Source of the DNA: Eledone cirrhosa
Taxonomy: Eukaryota
Direction of reading: 5' to 3'
Assembly (NCBI GenBank): GCA_964016885.1
Contig: OZ024743.1
Location: forward strand, 273,420,001 to 273,484,000
Length of the DNA: 64,000 nt
The notes under the pieces are model-generated. The model saw only the letters and a list, made by a program, of their open reading frames with translations. It ran no database searches and had not been told where the DNA came from. Below, piece after piece: positions 28,260-41,930 of the stretch (the stretch's first letter is position 1; the number at the start of each line of letters is the position of its first letter). Both the position numbers and the translations under genes were made by a program.

Positions 28260-28885
28260 ATAATAAATTACCGCTTGGTTGGTTAGATAACCGGATTGTT
28301 GTTTATATATTGTTTATATATTGCCAAAGCGCTTTCGTCGCACACAGAATAGATGCAATGCTCCGACAAATTACAGAGGCGACAAACATAAACGAATTCC
28401 AACCAAAATTAAAGAGAAAGCATGAGTGGAATAGTGAAATCACAACTAGTAATTAAGGACAAAAAGAAGACATACAGACAAACTAATAACACAAACAAGA
28501 CACACAGATAGAACAAACCGACTAATGACAAGTAAATAAACACATAAATAAATAAACATACACACCCGGATATAACGCATGCGCAAACTAAGCACACAAC
28601 ACAAAAAACAAAATAACAAGATGGTGTAGGACAGAACAAAGGAGAGACACACAAAACAAAAACCTAGTCACTGAGGAGGTCACAGAATGTGTGAGGAAAG
28701 AGCTTGACAATAAATAAACAACCTTCCGGTTATCGAAACCACCACCCAGAAACATATAATAAATTGAAATGGAACAAGGGTGCGTGTGTTTTTATTGACA
28801 ACATGACCCTCCCAAAGTATAACAATATCTGTTTCAACACACGTTTTCGGATTAGAAATCCCGCAAAACAAATTTGAAAACGAAT
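28260..28885 (+). mobile_element. Non-coding PLE pLTR pair in inverted arrangement (minus about 28260-28350, plus about 28660-28885)
   Basis: The reverse complement of 28260-28350 matches 28690-28760; same family as 33955-34241; hammerhead motif; ends in (TA)n. Confidence 0.6.
28667..28708 (+). ncRNA. Degenerate minimal type I hammerhead ribozyme
   Basis: gtca CTGAGGA g gtcaca-gaatg-tgtgag GAAA gagc TT gac; the sister copy near 28330 (minus) reads tgtgcgac GAAA gcgc TT tggc. Confidence 0.5.
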
Positions 28886-29488
28886 TATATATATATATAT
28901 ATATATATATAACAACAGAGGTGTGGTAAGGAACCAGATGGTCCATAACGCACCAGAGTACTGAATACTTAGGGTAATAGGAAAATGTTTAACCCCAACG
29001 GGGTGACCCGTCTGTTTCTTTTAACTGCTTCCCCTTTCTCTGTATCTCTCACTTTCTTTTTACCCCCTCTGCCAGTCACACTCTCTTTGTTTGCCTCTTC
29101 CTAGCACTTTCACTCACTCACTCTCTGCTACTCCCTCTCCATCACCTCCTCCCGTTTGACCTGTGCGAAATACTTTCCTCACTCACATTTCAACCAGGTC
29201 GGATGGTCTTTATTCTCTCGTCTACGATTTCACAGAACTTATGTTCATCGATTTCAGGGGCTTGACTCCTTCCTCACTTTTCGTTGCATTAACACCTTTG
29301 TTTGTTTACTGTCTCGCTCGTTCCTCCTATTTACGTGTCCCCAACGACTTTCTTTAGTCGTTGCTCGCACCAACCAGAGGTATATGATCCTTAAAACGAT
29401 GAAATACCAATGAAGGCTGGAAGATCACTGATGAAAGACTAATTTTATTCATATGTAACCCAATCTGCAACCAGGAAGCACGCCCTTT

Positions 29489-29534
<46 letters not shown>

Positions 29535-29676
29535 GTGGAAGCTTAATAAAATCGAAGCTTTAGCTGTGGGCAAGCAACGTCGAACTACAATATGAATGAG
29601 TTAGCAAAGCACTCAATAAGGGTAGGTCCTTAGAGTAACAACATACGTTTAAATAGCCTGACAGATTTAACATTGC

Positions 29677-29738
<62 letters not shown>

Positions 29739-29897
29739 GTATATATATTATATATATATATTATATATAAATATTATATATATATTATATATATATATTA
29801 TGCATATATATTATATATATATATTATATATATATATATTTTATATATATATATTATATATATATATATATATATGTTATATATAACAAAGGAATTG

Positions 29898-32600
29898 GGG
29901 TGGTATAGTAGGAAAGTGCTCTACTACAGAGATAGGAGCTAAATAACAAAGGAATTGTGGTAAGTAACCAGATGGACCATAACGCACCAGAGTACTAAAT
30001 ACATAAGTTAGTAGAGTTGGAAAAAGGAAAAAGTATGACACCGACAGCAGAGCTCAAGCCGTCTCGACGGCTATTTCTGGACAAAATTAGAATTTTTAGC
30101 CTGGTTAAAATTTGTTGTAAACACAAATTTTAACCAATCCTCTTGACAACAACAATCTTCCCATATAAGGAAGTACTCCATTGACAAGTTCGACTATTTA
30201 TTCAACATGCTAAAAATTATAATTTAGTCCAGAAATAGCCGTCGAGGTAATACTTTTTCCTATTTCCCACTCTACTACCCTAAGTATTGAGTACGCTGGT
30301 GCGTTATGATCCATCTGGTTACTTACCACAATTCCGTTGTTATTTAGCTCCTATCTCTATAGTAGAGCACTTTCCGACTCTACCACGCCATATCCCGACA
30401 TTTCCACCCAGCTCAAGTTTCTTCACCCGCACGATGCGAAAACACAACATCGACTTCTCCACCTAGAACATCCCAGTTCCACCGAGAAAACTTTACCTTC
30501 GGATGCTCACGCAAAAAATCGACCTTTTTGCGAAAGATTAAGATAGAGAACTTTTTTCTACGATAGATACCGCGTCAATCAGGACTTCGACACCAAGGAG
30601 AGATTCGGATTCAATACCTACAAATCTCCCCCTCCGAACCCTATGCTCTCACCCTTCGAGAACGACCTTTTCCACCTGGTCAAGAGCATTAAATTCAAAC
30701 TCAGACACAACAGATTCCTACAACAACTCCGTAGCAAAACAACAGAGTATGAAAACACCAACGACATCATGGTGCACTCAGACAAAACTGGAAACCTCTA
30801 CTTCGACAACCCTGACAGATATCACACACTGATCAGGAGCTGCCTAAACTCCACCTATAAAGAGGATAACCATTAAATTATCGAGGACATAAATCGAGAT
30901 GGAGAACAAATTACCTCCAGGCTCGGTGTCGCCGACCGCACTGAACCCCAAGACCCACGGACTCCCTACTTCACACTGAAGGACGACAAATCCGACTTCG
31001 ACTGCAAACCACCCATTAGTCTTATAAGCCCAAGGAAGCCGGACATAGGCAGAATCAGTAAAAAGATCCTAGACCGCGTTATACCAAAAGTTAAGCAAAA
31101 CGTGCGACTTAGCCTATGGGTCAGCACCAAGGAAGTATTTCATGGTTCAGGAATATGGAGGACAAACGAGACACAAAATTCATCCAGTTTGACATAGAGA
31201 GTTACTATGCATCTATTACATTACCGCTCCTTACGGCCGCCTTGGACTTTGCCGAAACACTCACACCCATCACTGACCAGGAAAGAAATATCATTCTCCA
31301 CGCCAGGAAGACAGTCCTACTTTTCGCCAACTCCAAGTGGATAAAGTGTTTCCTGTTTTCGGCGGTGAATTGCACCGGGATGATGGGCTCCTCACCCTCA
31401 AAGGGTACAATCCCATTAGTACAGACTGGTCCGTAAACAACTAATCAACTTCTTTCGGGACTGGGGATTTAAAATCACCCTACAAACGTCCCTAACCCGA
31501 GTCAATTTCCTGGACGTTACACTTAACTTCGAAAATGATCTGTACTACCCATACAGGAAACCAAACGACAATCTGCACTACATCCATCGCCGCTCTAACC
31601 ATCCTAGAAACATCACCAATAACCTGGTTAAAAACATCTCACTCCGCTTATCTTGTTTTCCGCTAACGAGCAGATATTCGAAGAACATGCGCCTCATTAC
31701 AGCCAGGCGTTCAAGCGGAGTGGCTTCCGGGAGGAAATATCCTTTTATCCAGCTTCCCTTAGCGGAACCAGCAGGCGACACCGCCGCTCACGCAACGTAA
31801 CGTGGTTCAATCCTCATCATAATGCCGAGGTGGCAACACCTATCGGGAAAATCTTATTTAGGCTCCTCGAAAAAACACTTCCCACTACAACACCGCTACC
31901 ACAACATCATCAACAAAAACACCATCACACTCTCCTACAGCACCACACCTAACTTCGCACAAAACATCGTCTCCTAAAACAACAACAAACTCAACCCCTA
32001 TGGAAGAAACAACCTAGACATCAGTGGAGAACCGACCAGGAGGTGTAACTGCCCTTATAGATCTACGTGCCCCCTCAACAACAAATGCCGAGAACGTAAC
32101 GTGATCTACCAGTGCAACGTGAGGACGGACACCTCCAACAAAGCTTATATAGGATTAACTGCTTGTGACTTCAAGACCCGGCTCTACCAACATCGACATA
32201 CTTTCCGAAAACCCGTTCCGGCGACATGCCACTACACTTTCGGCCCACATCTGGGACCTCCAAGATAATAATATAACCTACAATATCACTTGGAGCTTAC
32301 TGTTCAGATCAAACCCTTACACGGGAGGACGCCGTCCGTGTAACTTATGCTCGGAGGAAACATACAAATGCTGTTTTCGAAGGACCAACTCCTAAACAAG
32401 AAAGACGAACTGGTAAAGCATGCAAACACAGATTGCGTTGGACTTACCTCGCCCTCAAACACCATAACGACCCGGGTGGGTAGACAAGGGGTTATACGCC
32501 CACCCCCAACACCCCACCCACACTTGCCGAATAAGTTAGAGCAAACACCATCTCACATAGGTAGCTGTATCTCTTTTCTTTTCATAAGCTGTATCTCTTT
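29898..32600 (+). mobile_element. Naiad-type PLE, 5'-complete but decayed, with an inverted pLTR at its 5' end
   Basis: Inverted repeats 29898-30100 and 30209-30389; ORF remnant from 30434; a third pLTR fragment at 28912-28990. Confidence 0.85.
30434..32470 (+). pseudogene. PLE RT plus C-terminal GIY-YIG ORF, disrupted
   Basis: FST*NIPVP..RLR*RTFF, FGF..YKSPP..LSPFENDL, SDKTGNLY, TLKD.K, FIQFDIESYYASI, HRDDGL, VNFLDVTL, SNHP, VTWFNP, CNCPYRSTCPLNNKC..NVIY..AYIG, W.L, CNLCSEE; the FDVTMG-S.DGAE motif is deleted near 31350. Confidence 0.9.
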
Positions 32601-32719
32601 TCTTTACATGAATAATCACAGGAGATAATTTATCTCCTGTGATTATTCATGTATTTTTATATGTTAATCAATCTCTAATTATTATATATATATATATACA
32701 TTTATATATATCTATATAA

Positions 32720-33265
32720 ATATAACCAACGATTAGTATGGTTCGTTGATTACTCAACGAATACAGTTTTACAATAGATTAGAAGCACTCAACAGTGGGT
32801 GTTCCTGGAGATATTAGTATTATTCGAAATGGTAACAAATGAAAAATATTCGCATAATCAAAATATATACTTTATTATATATATTTGAAAGGTGAATTGG
32901 CAGTATCGGTAGAGGGTTGGACGCCATGCTTTCTACCATAGTTACGTCCCTTTACAGTCTGAGTTCAAATCCCGCCGAGGTTAACTTTGCCTTTCATCCT
33001 TACGAGGTCGATAAAATAAGGTACCAGTAATCTACTTGGTATTTGCCGGCCTTGTGCCAAAAGTAGAAACACATATATATTTCAACGGTACTGTGCTGTT
33101 TTTTCAGTACGTCCTCATTAGACAAAATATATGATATGATATATGATATACCGCTAGGGACTTGATTATTCAATTCCAGTATTGACAGTACAGGAAATAT
33201 ATATAATAATGTATATATTTCGATTATGCGAATATTTTGCATGTGTTAATATTTCGAAAAATATA
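32720..33265 (-). mobile_element. Solo PLE pLTR (minus, long tail) plus inverted short copy (33185-33262), interrupted by a SINE
   Basis: 32822-32886 is the inverted repeat of 33194-33262; the hammerhead is restored once the SINE is removed; tail contains gttgagtgct; (TA)n flanks. Confidence 0.7.
32887..33072 (+). mobile_element. SINE family A, full length, 10-bp TSD atatatattt
   Basis: tggcagtatcgg A box and gagttcaaatcc B box; TSD at 32877-32886 and 33073-33082. Confidence 0.9.
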
Positions 33266-33285
33266 TAAATATATATATATTATAT

Positions 33286-33326
<41 letters not shown>

Positions 33327-33441
33327 GGAAAAGGATGAAACAAAATTTCATTTCTCACTCTTACTACGCAGATACTTAAATGTAAGTATGTACACGTACA
33401 CACATCCATTACACACAGACACACACACACACATATATATA

Positions 33442-33490
<49 letters not shown>

Positions 33491-33919
33491 ATATATATGT
33501 TTTCTCTTTCTCTTAATTTCGAGTATATTTTTTTGACCGGCCACCTTCCTGGTGGCAAGGTTGTAAAAGAAAAGAAATTGTCATCCCTTGAATCGCAAGA
33601 ATGTTTTGCATATTTTGAAGGTGCCAGCTATCGCAGCCATTTGTAGACTATGTATGTATGTATGTATGTATGTATGTATGTATGTATGTATGTATGTATG
33701 TATGTATATATATATGTATGTATGTATATATATATATATGTATGTATATATATATGTATGTATGTATGTATGTATATATATATGTATGTATATATATATA
33801 TGTATGTATGTATATATATATATGTATGTATATATATATATGTATGTATATATATATATGTATGTATATATATATATATGTATATATGTATGTATGTATG
33901 TATATATATATGTGTGTAT

Positions 33920-33954
<35 letters not shown>

Positions 33955-33955
<1 letters not shown>

Positions 33956-34241
33956 TTCGTTTCTGAATTTGTTTAGCAAGATTCTTTATCTGAAATCGTG
34001 TGTTGAAACCGATATTGTTATACTTTGGGAGGGTCATGTTGCCAAGAACAGAGTGTGTGACGAAAGGACTATGACTATATATAAACAACTATCTGGTTGT
34101 GGAACCAACCAACCAACCAGAAATTTATAAGTTTGTAGATTTGTTAATTTATAAATTTATAAATATATAATAAATTGAAGTGAAACAACTGGTGCGTGTG
34201 TTTCTTATTGGCAACATGACCCTCCCAAAGTATAACAATAT
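33955..34241. mobile_element. Miniature inverted PLE pLTR pair in (TA)n, same family as 28260-28885
   Basis: atattgttatactttgggagggtcatgttgccaa (about 34012-34045) is inverted at about 34208-34241; 3' half of a hammerhead, tgtgac GAAA ggac TA tgac. Confidence 0.7.
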
Positions 34242-34280
34242 GTATATATATATATATATGTATGTATATATATATATAGG

Positions 34281-34320
<40 letters not shown>

Positions 34321-34326
34321 CATATA

Positions 34327-34413
<87 letters not shown>

Positions 34414-34440
34414 GTACGCATATGTTGTATCAAACATTAA

Positions 34441-34603
34441 TAATTGTTTCTACTTTAGGCACAAAACCAGCGATTACCCAGTGCATTACTGGTACTTTAT
34501 TTTATCGACCCCGTAATGATGAATGAAAGGCAAAGTCAACCTCGGAGGGATTAGAACTCAGATCGTAAAGGGACGTAACTATGCTGGAAAGCATGGCGTC
34601 CGA
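34441..34603 (-). mobile_element. SINE family A, 5'-truncated
   Basis: High identity to 22768-22950. Confidence 0.85.
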
Positions 34604-34954
34604 TGATATTCTATACGTTTGTAAACATCCGGCTTGATTAAACTGACCATGCCGATGACAAATTGTCTGCCGTTTGATCAACATTCGCATAGAGGAACAT
34701 TCAATATAGACTGTATACCTCTCCCAGTCTATTGAACGCTCGAAAATACATACTATTTTCTTAAGTACACATTGGCTGAGTAGCCTCATTTGCATACAGA
34801 GCGAGTTAAGGTAGACAGTGTCGAAGACAAAAATAAAATTAGAACTTTATTTCTCGCTCTAACACAGCTGATACATAAATGTGTGTATGCGTACGTACAC
34901 ACATATATATACACACACAGATAACACACACACACACACATATATGTATGCATA

Positions 34955-35025
<71 letters not shown>

Positions 35026-35044
35026 GTATATATGTATATATATG

Positions 35045-35113
<69 letters not shown>

Positions 35114-35123
35114 ATATATATAC

Positions 35124-35184
<61 letters not shown>

Positions 35185-35424
35185 CATATGTACGTATGTA
35201 TAATTAGGAAAATACTATATATTTTCAACCGTTCAACAGTTCTAATGAAGAGTAAAGACGCAGGAACATGTTGATTGTTCCTCAGTGGTGGTGTTCAACA
35301 AATGAAAGACAATTTGTCATCGGCACGGCACAGCTTGAGTCAGGCCGTTTCTTTACAAACAAATCGAATGTTATCTTTAATGTCCGATAAAACCCATACA
35401 TACATATGCATACGTATATATTTG

Positions 35425-35498
<74 letters not shown>

Positions 35499-35499
35499 C

Positions 35500-37097
35500 T
35501 GATTACACTACTGTCGATGGTTTAGACAGGGAAATCATCGCTCACTGCTGGAAAGCCCTCCTCTTCAACGACGGAGTATCCTGGGCAAAGAAGTGAACAA
35601 TTTCAGACCTATTCGACGACTCCATGGCATCGTTTAACAGTGCTGACATATGCGACTTGGTTGGCCTAATCATTTTAGACATAGTACGTGTTAAATTCCC
35701 GGACTTCCACACGGGAATATACAGCGACGATGGACTGGCATTATCGAGCCATAAAAGTGGTCACGACCTCGACCGGTTTAAAAAAGACTTATCTCCTACC
35801 TTCATGAGTTAGGACTTAGGATAACAGTAGCTACCAACCGCTCTAGCGTAGATTTCTTAGACATTAATTTACCTTCGCACACACACCCACAGACCCTTCC
35901 ATAAGCTAAACGAAAAACTCAATTACATTCACAAGTAACTCATGCCACCCTCCCACTCTTTTTAGAAACTGCCTAAATAATATCAGTACTAGAATCGCAA
36001 GCCTCTCCTCTAATAAGGCTATCTTTGACAGGGCAGCACCCTACTATAACACGGCGTCTCCTAATAGCGGCTTCTCACAACCTTTACCGTACTCTCCCAC
36101 TATCAACAACAGCAATAAGAAAATAAAGCGTAACAATAGACTAACTATCTGGTTCTCTCCTCCCTTCTCACTCAACGTTAAAACCAATGTAGGCAAAAAA
36201 TGTCTTGCCCTCTTAGATAGAAACTTTCCCATATGTCATAAATACCGCTCCATCTTTAACAGAAACAAAGTAAAAATAGGATACTCCTGCCCTAAGAACA
36301 TGAAGGCCCACATCCCCAAAAGCCCTAATAGCAACACCCCACCAGGGTCCTCTTGTCGTAAGCCCAAAGCTTTCCCCTTCAACAGCAATGCAACACACCC
36401 GCTGTAGTTTATGAAGCTGTGGTCACTTCCAACCGACCAAATCAACCACAGGAGGTCAAATCCTGTGTGGGTATGGCGGAGGGCCGATTTAAGGAACGCT
36501 TCCTGAAACACCAGTCGATCTTTAGGTACCCGGACAGACGTTCATCCAAGAAAGTCGCGAGCCCCATATGGTCCCTCAAGTACTCAATTATAGACTACTC
36601 CATTCAATGGAAAGCCATCACTAAGTCTAAGCCATTCGCAAGGGGTAATCCGTCGTGTTGACTACGTATTGATGAACGAATAGATATTCTAAAGAGATTA
36701 TGCAAGAGCAATTGCCTAAACACGAGAAATGAATTCTTCACACGTTGTCCACACGTCTCGAAACACCTCTTACATAACTACAAAGCTCCGGTTGAATTAC
36801 AACATCCTAATTTTCTCATCAATTAGACATTTTTCAGACTTTCGCAGTTATCTCCCTTACATCTCTCGCACGCATTTTAGTATGGCCTGTGTGAAGTGAT
36901 TGTTTCTGTGCATGCACATGCGTACAGTTGTCCTTCCTGTTCCGTATAACCATGTCCATTACGAGCTAAGGATCAGCTAAGGTGAAACAATTGTTCTCGG
37001 TATGGTGAACTAACTGTTGTGTAACCACTTCTACCTAACTCGTCCCATGGACTGAGTGCTCTACCACTGCGGATATTACCTTCCAGTGTTCTACCAC

Positions 37098-37098
<1 letters not shown>
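35500..37098 (+). mobile_element. 5'-truncated decayed Naiad-type PLE with 3' pLTR, between (TA)n arrays
   Basis: LFDDSMASFNSADICDLVGL..GIYSDDGL, VDFLDI, TIWFSPPFS, IFNRNKVKIGYSC, SCRKP..C..PAVVY, VGMAEGRFKERF.KH, W.LK..I.WK, LNTRNE..CPH. Confidence 0.85.
36962..36999 (+). ncRNA. Minimal type I hammerhead with G5>A substitution (probably inactive)
   Basis: cgag CTAAGGA tcagctaaggt GAAA c-aatt-g TT ctcg; stem I cgag/ctcg; palindromic AATT loop. Confidence 0.6.
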
Positions 37099-37137
<39 letters not shown>

Positions 37138-37497
37138 AAGATTCAGAAGACACAAACGTGCCATGTATGGTGTAGCGGTTGCTGCCAGTGATTTACTGAA
37201 TACGAATTTTAGATTTGCAGTAGATTCATGTATTTATGCATACACACACACACACACACACACACGCAAACGTACACACACACACACACATACATATATA
37301 GGACCTAGGAAACTATGTTTCCGTTAGGCTTTCCCATTGCTAATACTATCTATTCCAGGTAGAAGGAACAACGTGAAATAAAAATAAAATGTTTTCCTCA
37401 AGGGCCTAACGCATCAGCCGTTCCAGGAACTCACAACCCCACAATTGCAAATCCATATATATATATATGAACGCCCGTGGCTGAGTGGTTAAAGAAT

Positions 37498-38315
<818 letters not shown>

Positions 38316-38446
38316 GTAAAGTTATATTTAAAATTGTTGGGTTACAACTAGTAAATATTTATAACTGATATAAAAGCACTCGACAAATATTTGGAGTATA
38401 TTTACAATATTAAATAAATGGAAAACTATATTTATAAAACCATATT

Positions 38447-38512
38447 TATTTCATTATATATATTTCGGGGATATCATATTAACAATATGCTATGCCTTCA
38501 TCAGACAAAATA
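38447..38512 (-). ncRNA. Minimal type I hammerhead ribozyme (mirror of 43482-43547)
   Basis: Exact reverse complement of the plus-strand motif. Confidence 0.8.
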
Positions 38513-38882
38513 CAATATAAACAGTTTTATAGATAAATATATTCGACATACCGTAATAAACATCAACTTCATTTGAAGAGGTTTACGCTAGCAGTGAAAA
38601 TACAGAGAGAAAGAAAGAGAGAGAGAAAAGAGGGAAATAAGAAAGAAAGAAAGACAAAACGAAGAAAAGGAAGAAAAAGAAGAAGAAGAAAAAGAAAAAG
38701 AAAAAGAAGAAATGCATGGGACAAAATAGAGAGATGGAAAAATAGATAAAGCGAAGAGCTTCATGTAAAGAGACAGAAAGATATATATATATAGAGAGAG
38801 AGGAAATAGAGATAGATACATATATATATATAGAAAATTAGGTAGTGGGAGGTCATTTTGAGTAAGTGTATCAATGATGCAT

Positions 38883-38913
<31 letters not shown>

Positions 38914-40026
38914 GCTCAAGTATTAATGTAAGGGAGATATATAGAGAGATATAGAGAGATATAGAGAGAGAAAAAATTTAAAAAATTTAAAAATAGCCAG
39001 ACATATTCGAGGCGTAGAAAACCCTATGTTTTAATGTATTAGTATTTATAAAACTTACACTATATTGTAAATATCAGTATTCCTGAATGAAACAAGTATT
39101 CACAATGCGTGAAAATTCATTATCTTATGTTTAGTTTTTTAAAAATTCATATGTCTATGTGACAGCTACAAACATCAATGTGAATCCAACTGATTCACTC
39201 CGCAAATTCTAAGTTACCGGAAAACATTCTCAATGTGGTATAAAAATTTGAGCGTATTATTATTCTTGCGATTACTCTACAAGATTATCTATCAAGCAGA
39301 AATAGAGAGCAGATTTCAATATACTAATCGAAAATATATATTATATTATAAACAAAGATAACAATAATAATGATAATAAGTAAAAAAATATATAAAAATA
39401 TAGAATAGAAAACTAAAAAAATATTACGAAAGAATATTACATAATAAAAATATTGCATATTAAAAATACTACGTATTAAAAATATTACGTATTAAAAATT
39501 TACATATAAAAATATTAAAAATAAAAATTTACATATAAAAATATTAAAAATAAAAATAAAATAAAATAAAATAAAAAATAAAAAATAAAAATATTATAGA
39601 ATACTACAATACTAAAAGAATAAAAATAAAAATAAAAATAAAAATAAAAATAAAAATAAACCACAAAGAACAACCCTTCAAAGTTAATTGACAATATATT
39701 GCCAAGTTCATTACAAGACAAAGCCAAAAATTATCTATCAAATCACATCTAGCAAGGAATATCGCAAAAAAAGATTATGATGTCCAATAATGTCTACATA
39801 TGTTCCTATATTTAATATATAAGTTTATCTAGTGTAAGGTTAATTCAAAAAAATTGGAGCATCGGCTTTTAGGGTAGCTTAATTTTTCATGAGGAATGTT
39901 TAGATAAAAATAAAAATAAATAAAATAAAATAAACAATAAAAAGAGTAAAAAGAGGGAATCAAAGATTTAGGAATCAAAAGATTTATCGGCTAGTTCTCA
40001 TATAAATATAAATCAAACTAAATATA

Positions 40027-40908
40027 CTACATTTTAAATTTAAGTTTATATTTAAACGTTGAGTTTAATCTATGTTTGCAACAACTGAATAAATTTGTCC
40101 GTAGGTTAAGGGAATTTTTAGATTTTAGTATAAAGAATATCTCCTCTGCGCAGAGGTCACATGTCTCAGAGGATGAATTAAAAGGAATCCCTCTTGAGAC
40201 TATATTCCAAGCCGTCGAATATCTAACGTTATCTAGCTTAAGTTGCCAGAGTACCCCTGATAGTGCCGTTGAAGATTTTTTATTTGGATCTGTGAAAGAA
40301 TTCTTGTGGTTATTATAGCGAAGTTTAAATTCCGTCGATGTGGAACCGACGTAGTTAAAAGAATTAGAGTCAGTATTAACATTACAATTGTATACTATAT
40401 TTTTAACTAAGCAGTTGTTATTTAACGGACATTTAGATCTATCTCTACAGTTACATTTGTTAACTTGTATATTATTTATGCTATTATCAGTAGGTTTTAA
40501 GTTCCTATTATTTATTCTATTAATATTTTGTGCTAAATTTTTGGTGGATGAGTAGGTTAATTTAATTGTATGCCTATTGAAGATTGAGTGGTACCTATGT
40601 GTTCTAGGGAAGCGATTATCAAGAGCTTTGAAAAATAATTTAGCGATGTGGGTTTTAATGTTTAGTGAGAAAGGGGGGGCAAACCAAATTATGTTCCTAG
40701 TTCTATTTCTTTTTTGTCCTTTGGAATTATTGTAATGCTTTCTATTATAGTTGTTAATGTTGTTGCCGTAATTAAAAAAGTTGTTACTTTGTTTAGTTTG
40801 TTTATCATTATCTATGTACACAATCTTATCAGCATACCCTGCCCTAGCTAGTGCATCATTATAGTATTGGGCCTTTTCGTCAAAAATCTTTCTATTCGAC
40901 GAGATCCT
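40027..40908 (-). pseudogene. PLE ORF 3' part (RT thumb end, Cys linker, GIY-YIG), left arm; open frame but 5'-truncated
   Basis: IIWFAPPFS, CNCRDRSKCPLNNNC..NIVY..YVGST..FKLRYNNH, W.LK, CDLCAEE, LNLR..CCKH. Confidence 0.9.
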
Positions 40909-40925
40909 TTCTATTCGACGAGATC

Positions 40926-41930
40926 AACACATGTCTCCACTATCCTTTTCACAAGTTGAATGAGAACTTAAACTATGTCAACTTTAACTCTAGCCACCCC
41001 AGATCTGTCAAAAACACTATAGTAAACTCAGTCCAAAAACGTATCTCTAGGATCTCGTCGAATAGAAAGATTTTTGACGAAAAGGCCCAATACTATAATG
41101 ATGCACTAGCTAGGGCAGGGTATGCTGATAAGATTGTGTACATAGATAATGATAAACAAACTAAACAAAGTAACAACTTTTTTAATTACGGCAACAACAT
41201 TAACAACTATAATAGAAAGCATTACAATAATTCCAAAGGACAAAAAAGAAATAGAACTAGGAACATAATTTGGTTTGCCCCCCCTTTCTCACTAAACATT
41301 AAAACCCACATCGCTAAATTATTTTTCAAAGCTCTTGATAATCGCTTCCCTAGAACACATAGGTACCACTCAATCTTCAATAGGCATACAATTAAATTAA
41401 CCTACTCATCCACCAAAAATTTAGCACAAAATATTAATAGAATAAATAATAGGAACTTAAAACCTACTGATAATAGCATAAATAATATACAAGTTAACAA
41501 ATGTAACTGTAGAGATAGATCTAAATGTCCGTTAAATAACAACTGCTTAGTTAAAAATATAGTATACAATTGTAATGTTAATACTGACTCTAATTCTTTT
41601 AACTACGTCGGTTCCACATCGACGGAATTTAAACTTCGCTATAATAACCACAAGAATTCTTTCACAGATCCAAATAAAAAATCTTCAACGGCACTATCAG
41701 GGGTACTCTGGCAACTTAAGCTAGATAACGTTAGATATTCGACGGCTTGGAATATAGTCTCAAGAGGGATTCCTTTTAATTCATCCTCTGAGACATGTGA
41801 CCTCTGCGCAGAGGAGATATTCTTTATACTAAAATCTAAAAATTCCCTTAACCTACGGACAAATTTATTCAGTTGTTGCAAACATAGATTAAACTCAACG
41901 TTTAAATATAAATTTAAATTTAAAATGTAG
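40926..41930 (+). pseudogene. PLE ORF 3' part (RT thumb, Cys linker, GIY-YIG), right arm; open frame but 5'-truncated
   Basis: HYPFHK.N.NLNYVNFNSSHP..RISRISS..YYNDAL.RAGY plus the same GIY-YIG; one amino-acid difference from the left arm (YKFKF vs YKLKF). Confidence 0.9.

Larger units (their letters stand above)
33650..35498. repeat. Region dominated by (TA)n/(TATG)n/(CA)n arrays with interspersed element fragments
   Basis: Directly visible; source of the YIYI/MYVC pseudo-ORFs. Confidence 0.9.

Noticed and set aside
36650-36670. In-frame TGA next to the CxxC motif of a Naiad GIY-YIG (selenocysteine is known in some Naiads)
   Set aside because: The TGA is at the x position (C*LR), probably CGA>TGA decay in a copy with many other lesions. 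The open copies at 40-42 kb have no TGA at Cys positions.
40851-40925. N-terminus of the 359-aa ORF as a functional stand-alone endonuclease gene
   Set aside because: The start is antisense sequence from the left arm read through the inversion junction. No promoter or RT is present, so it is a truncation product.
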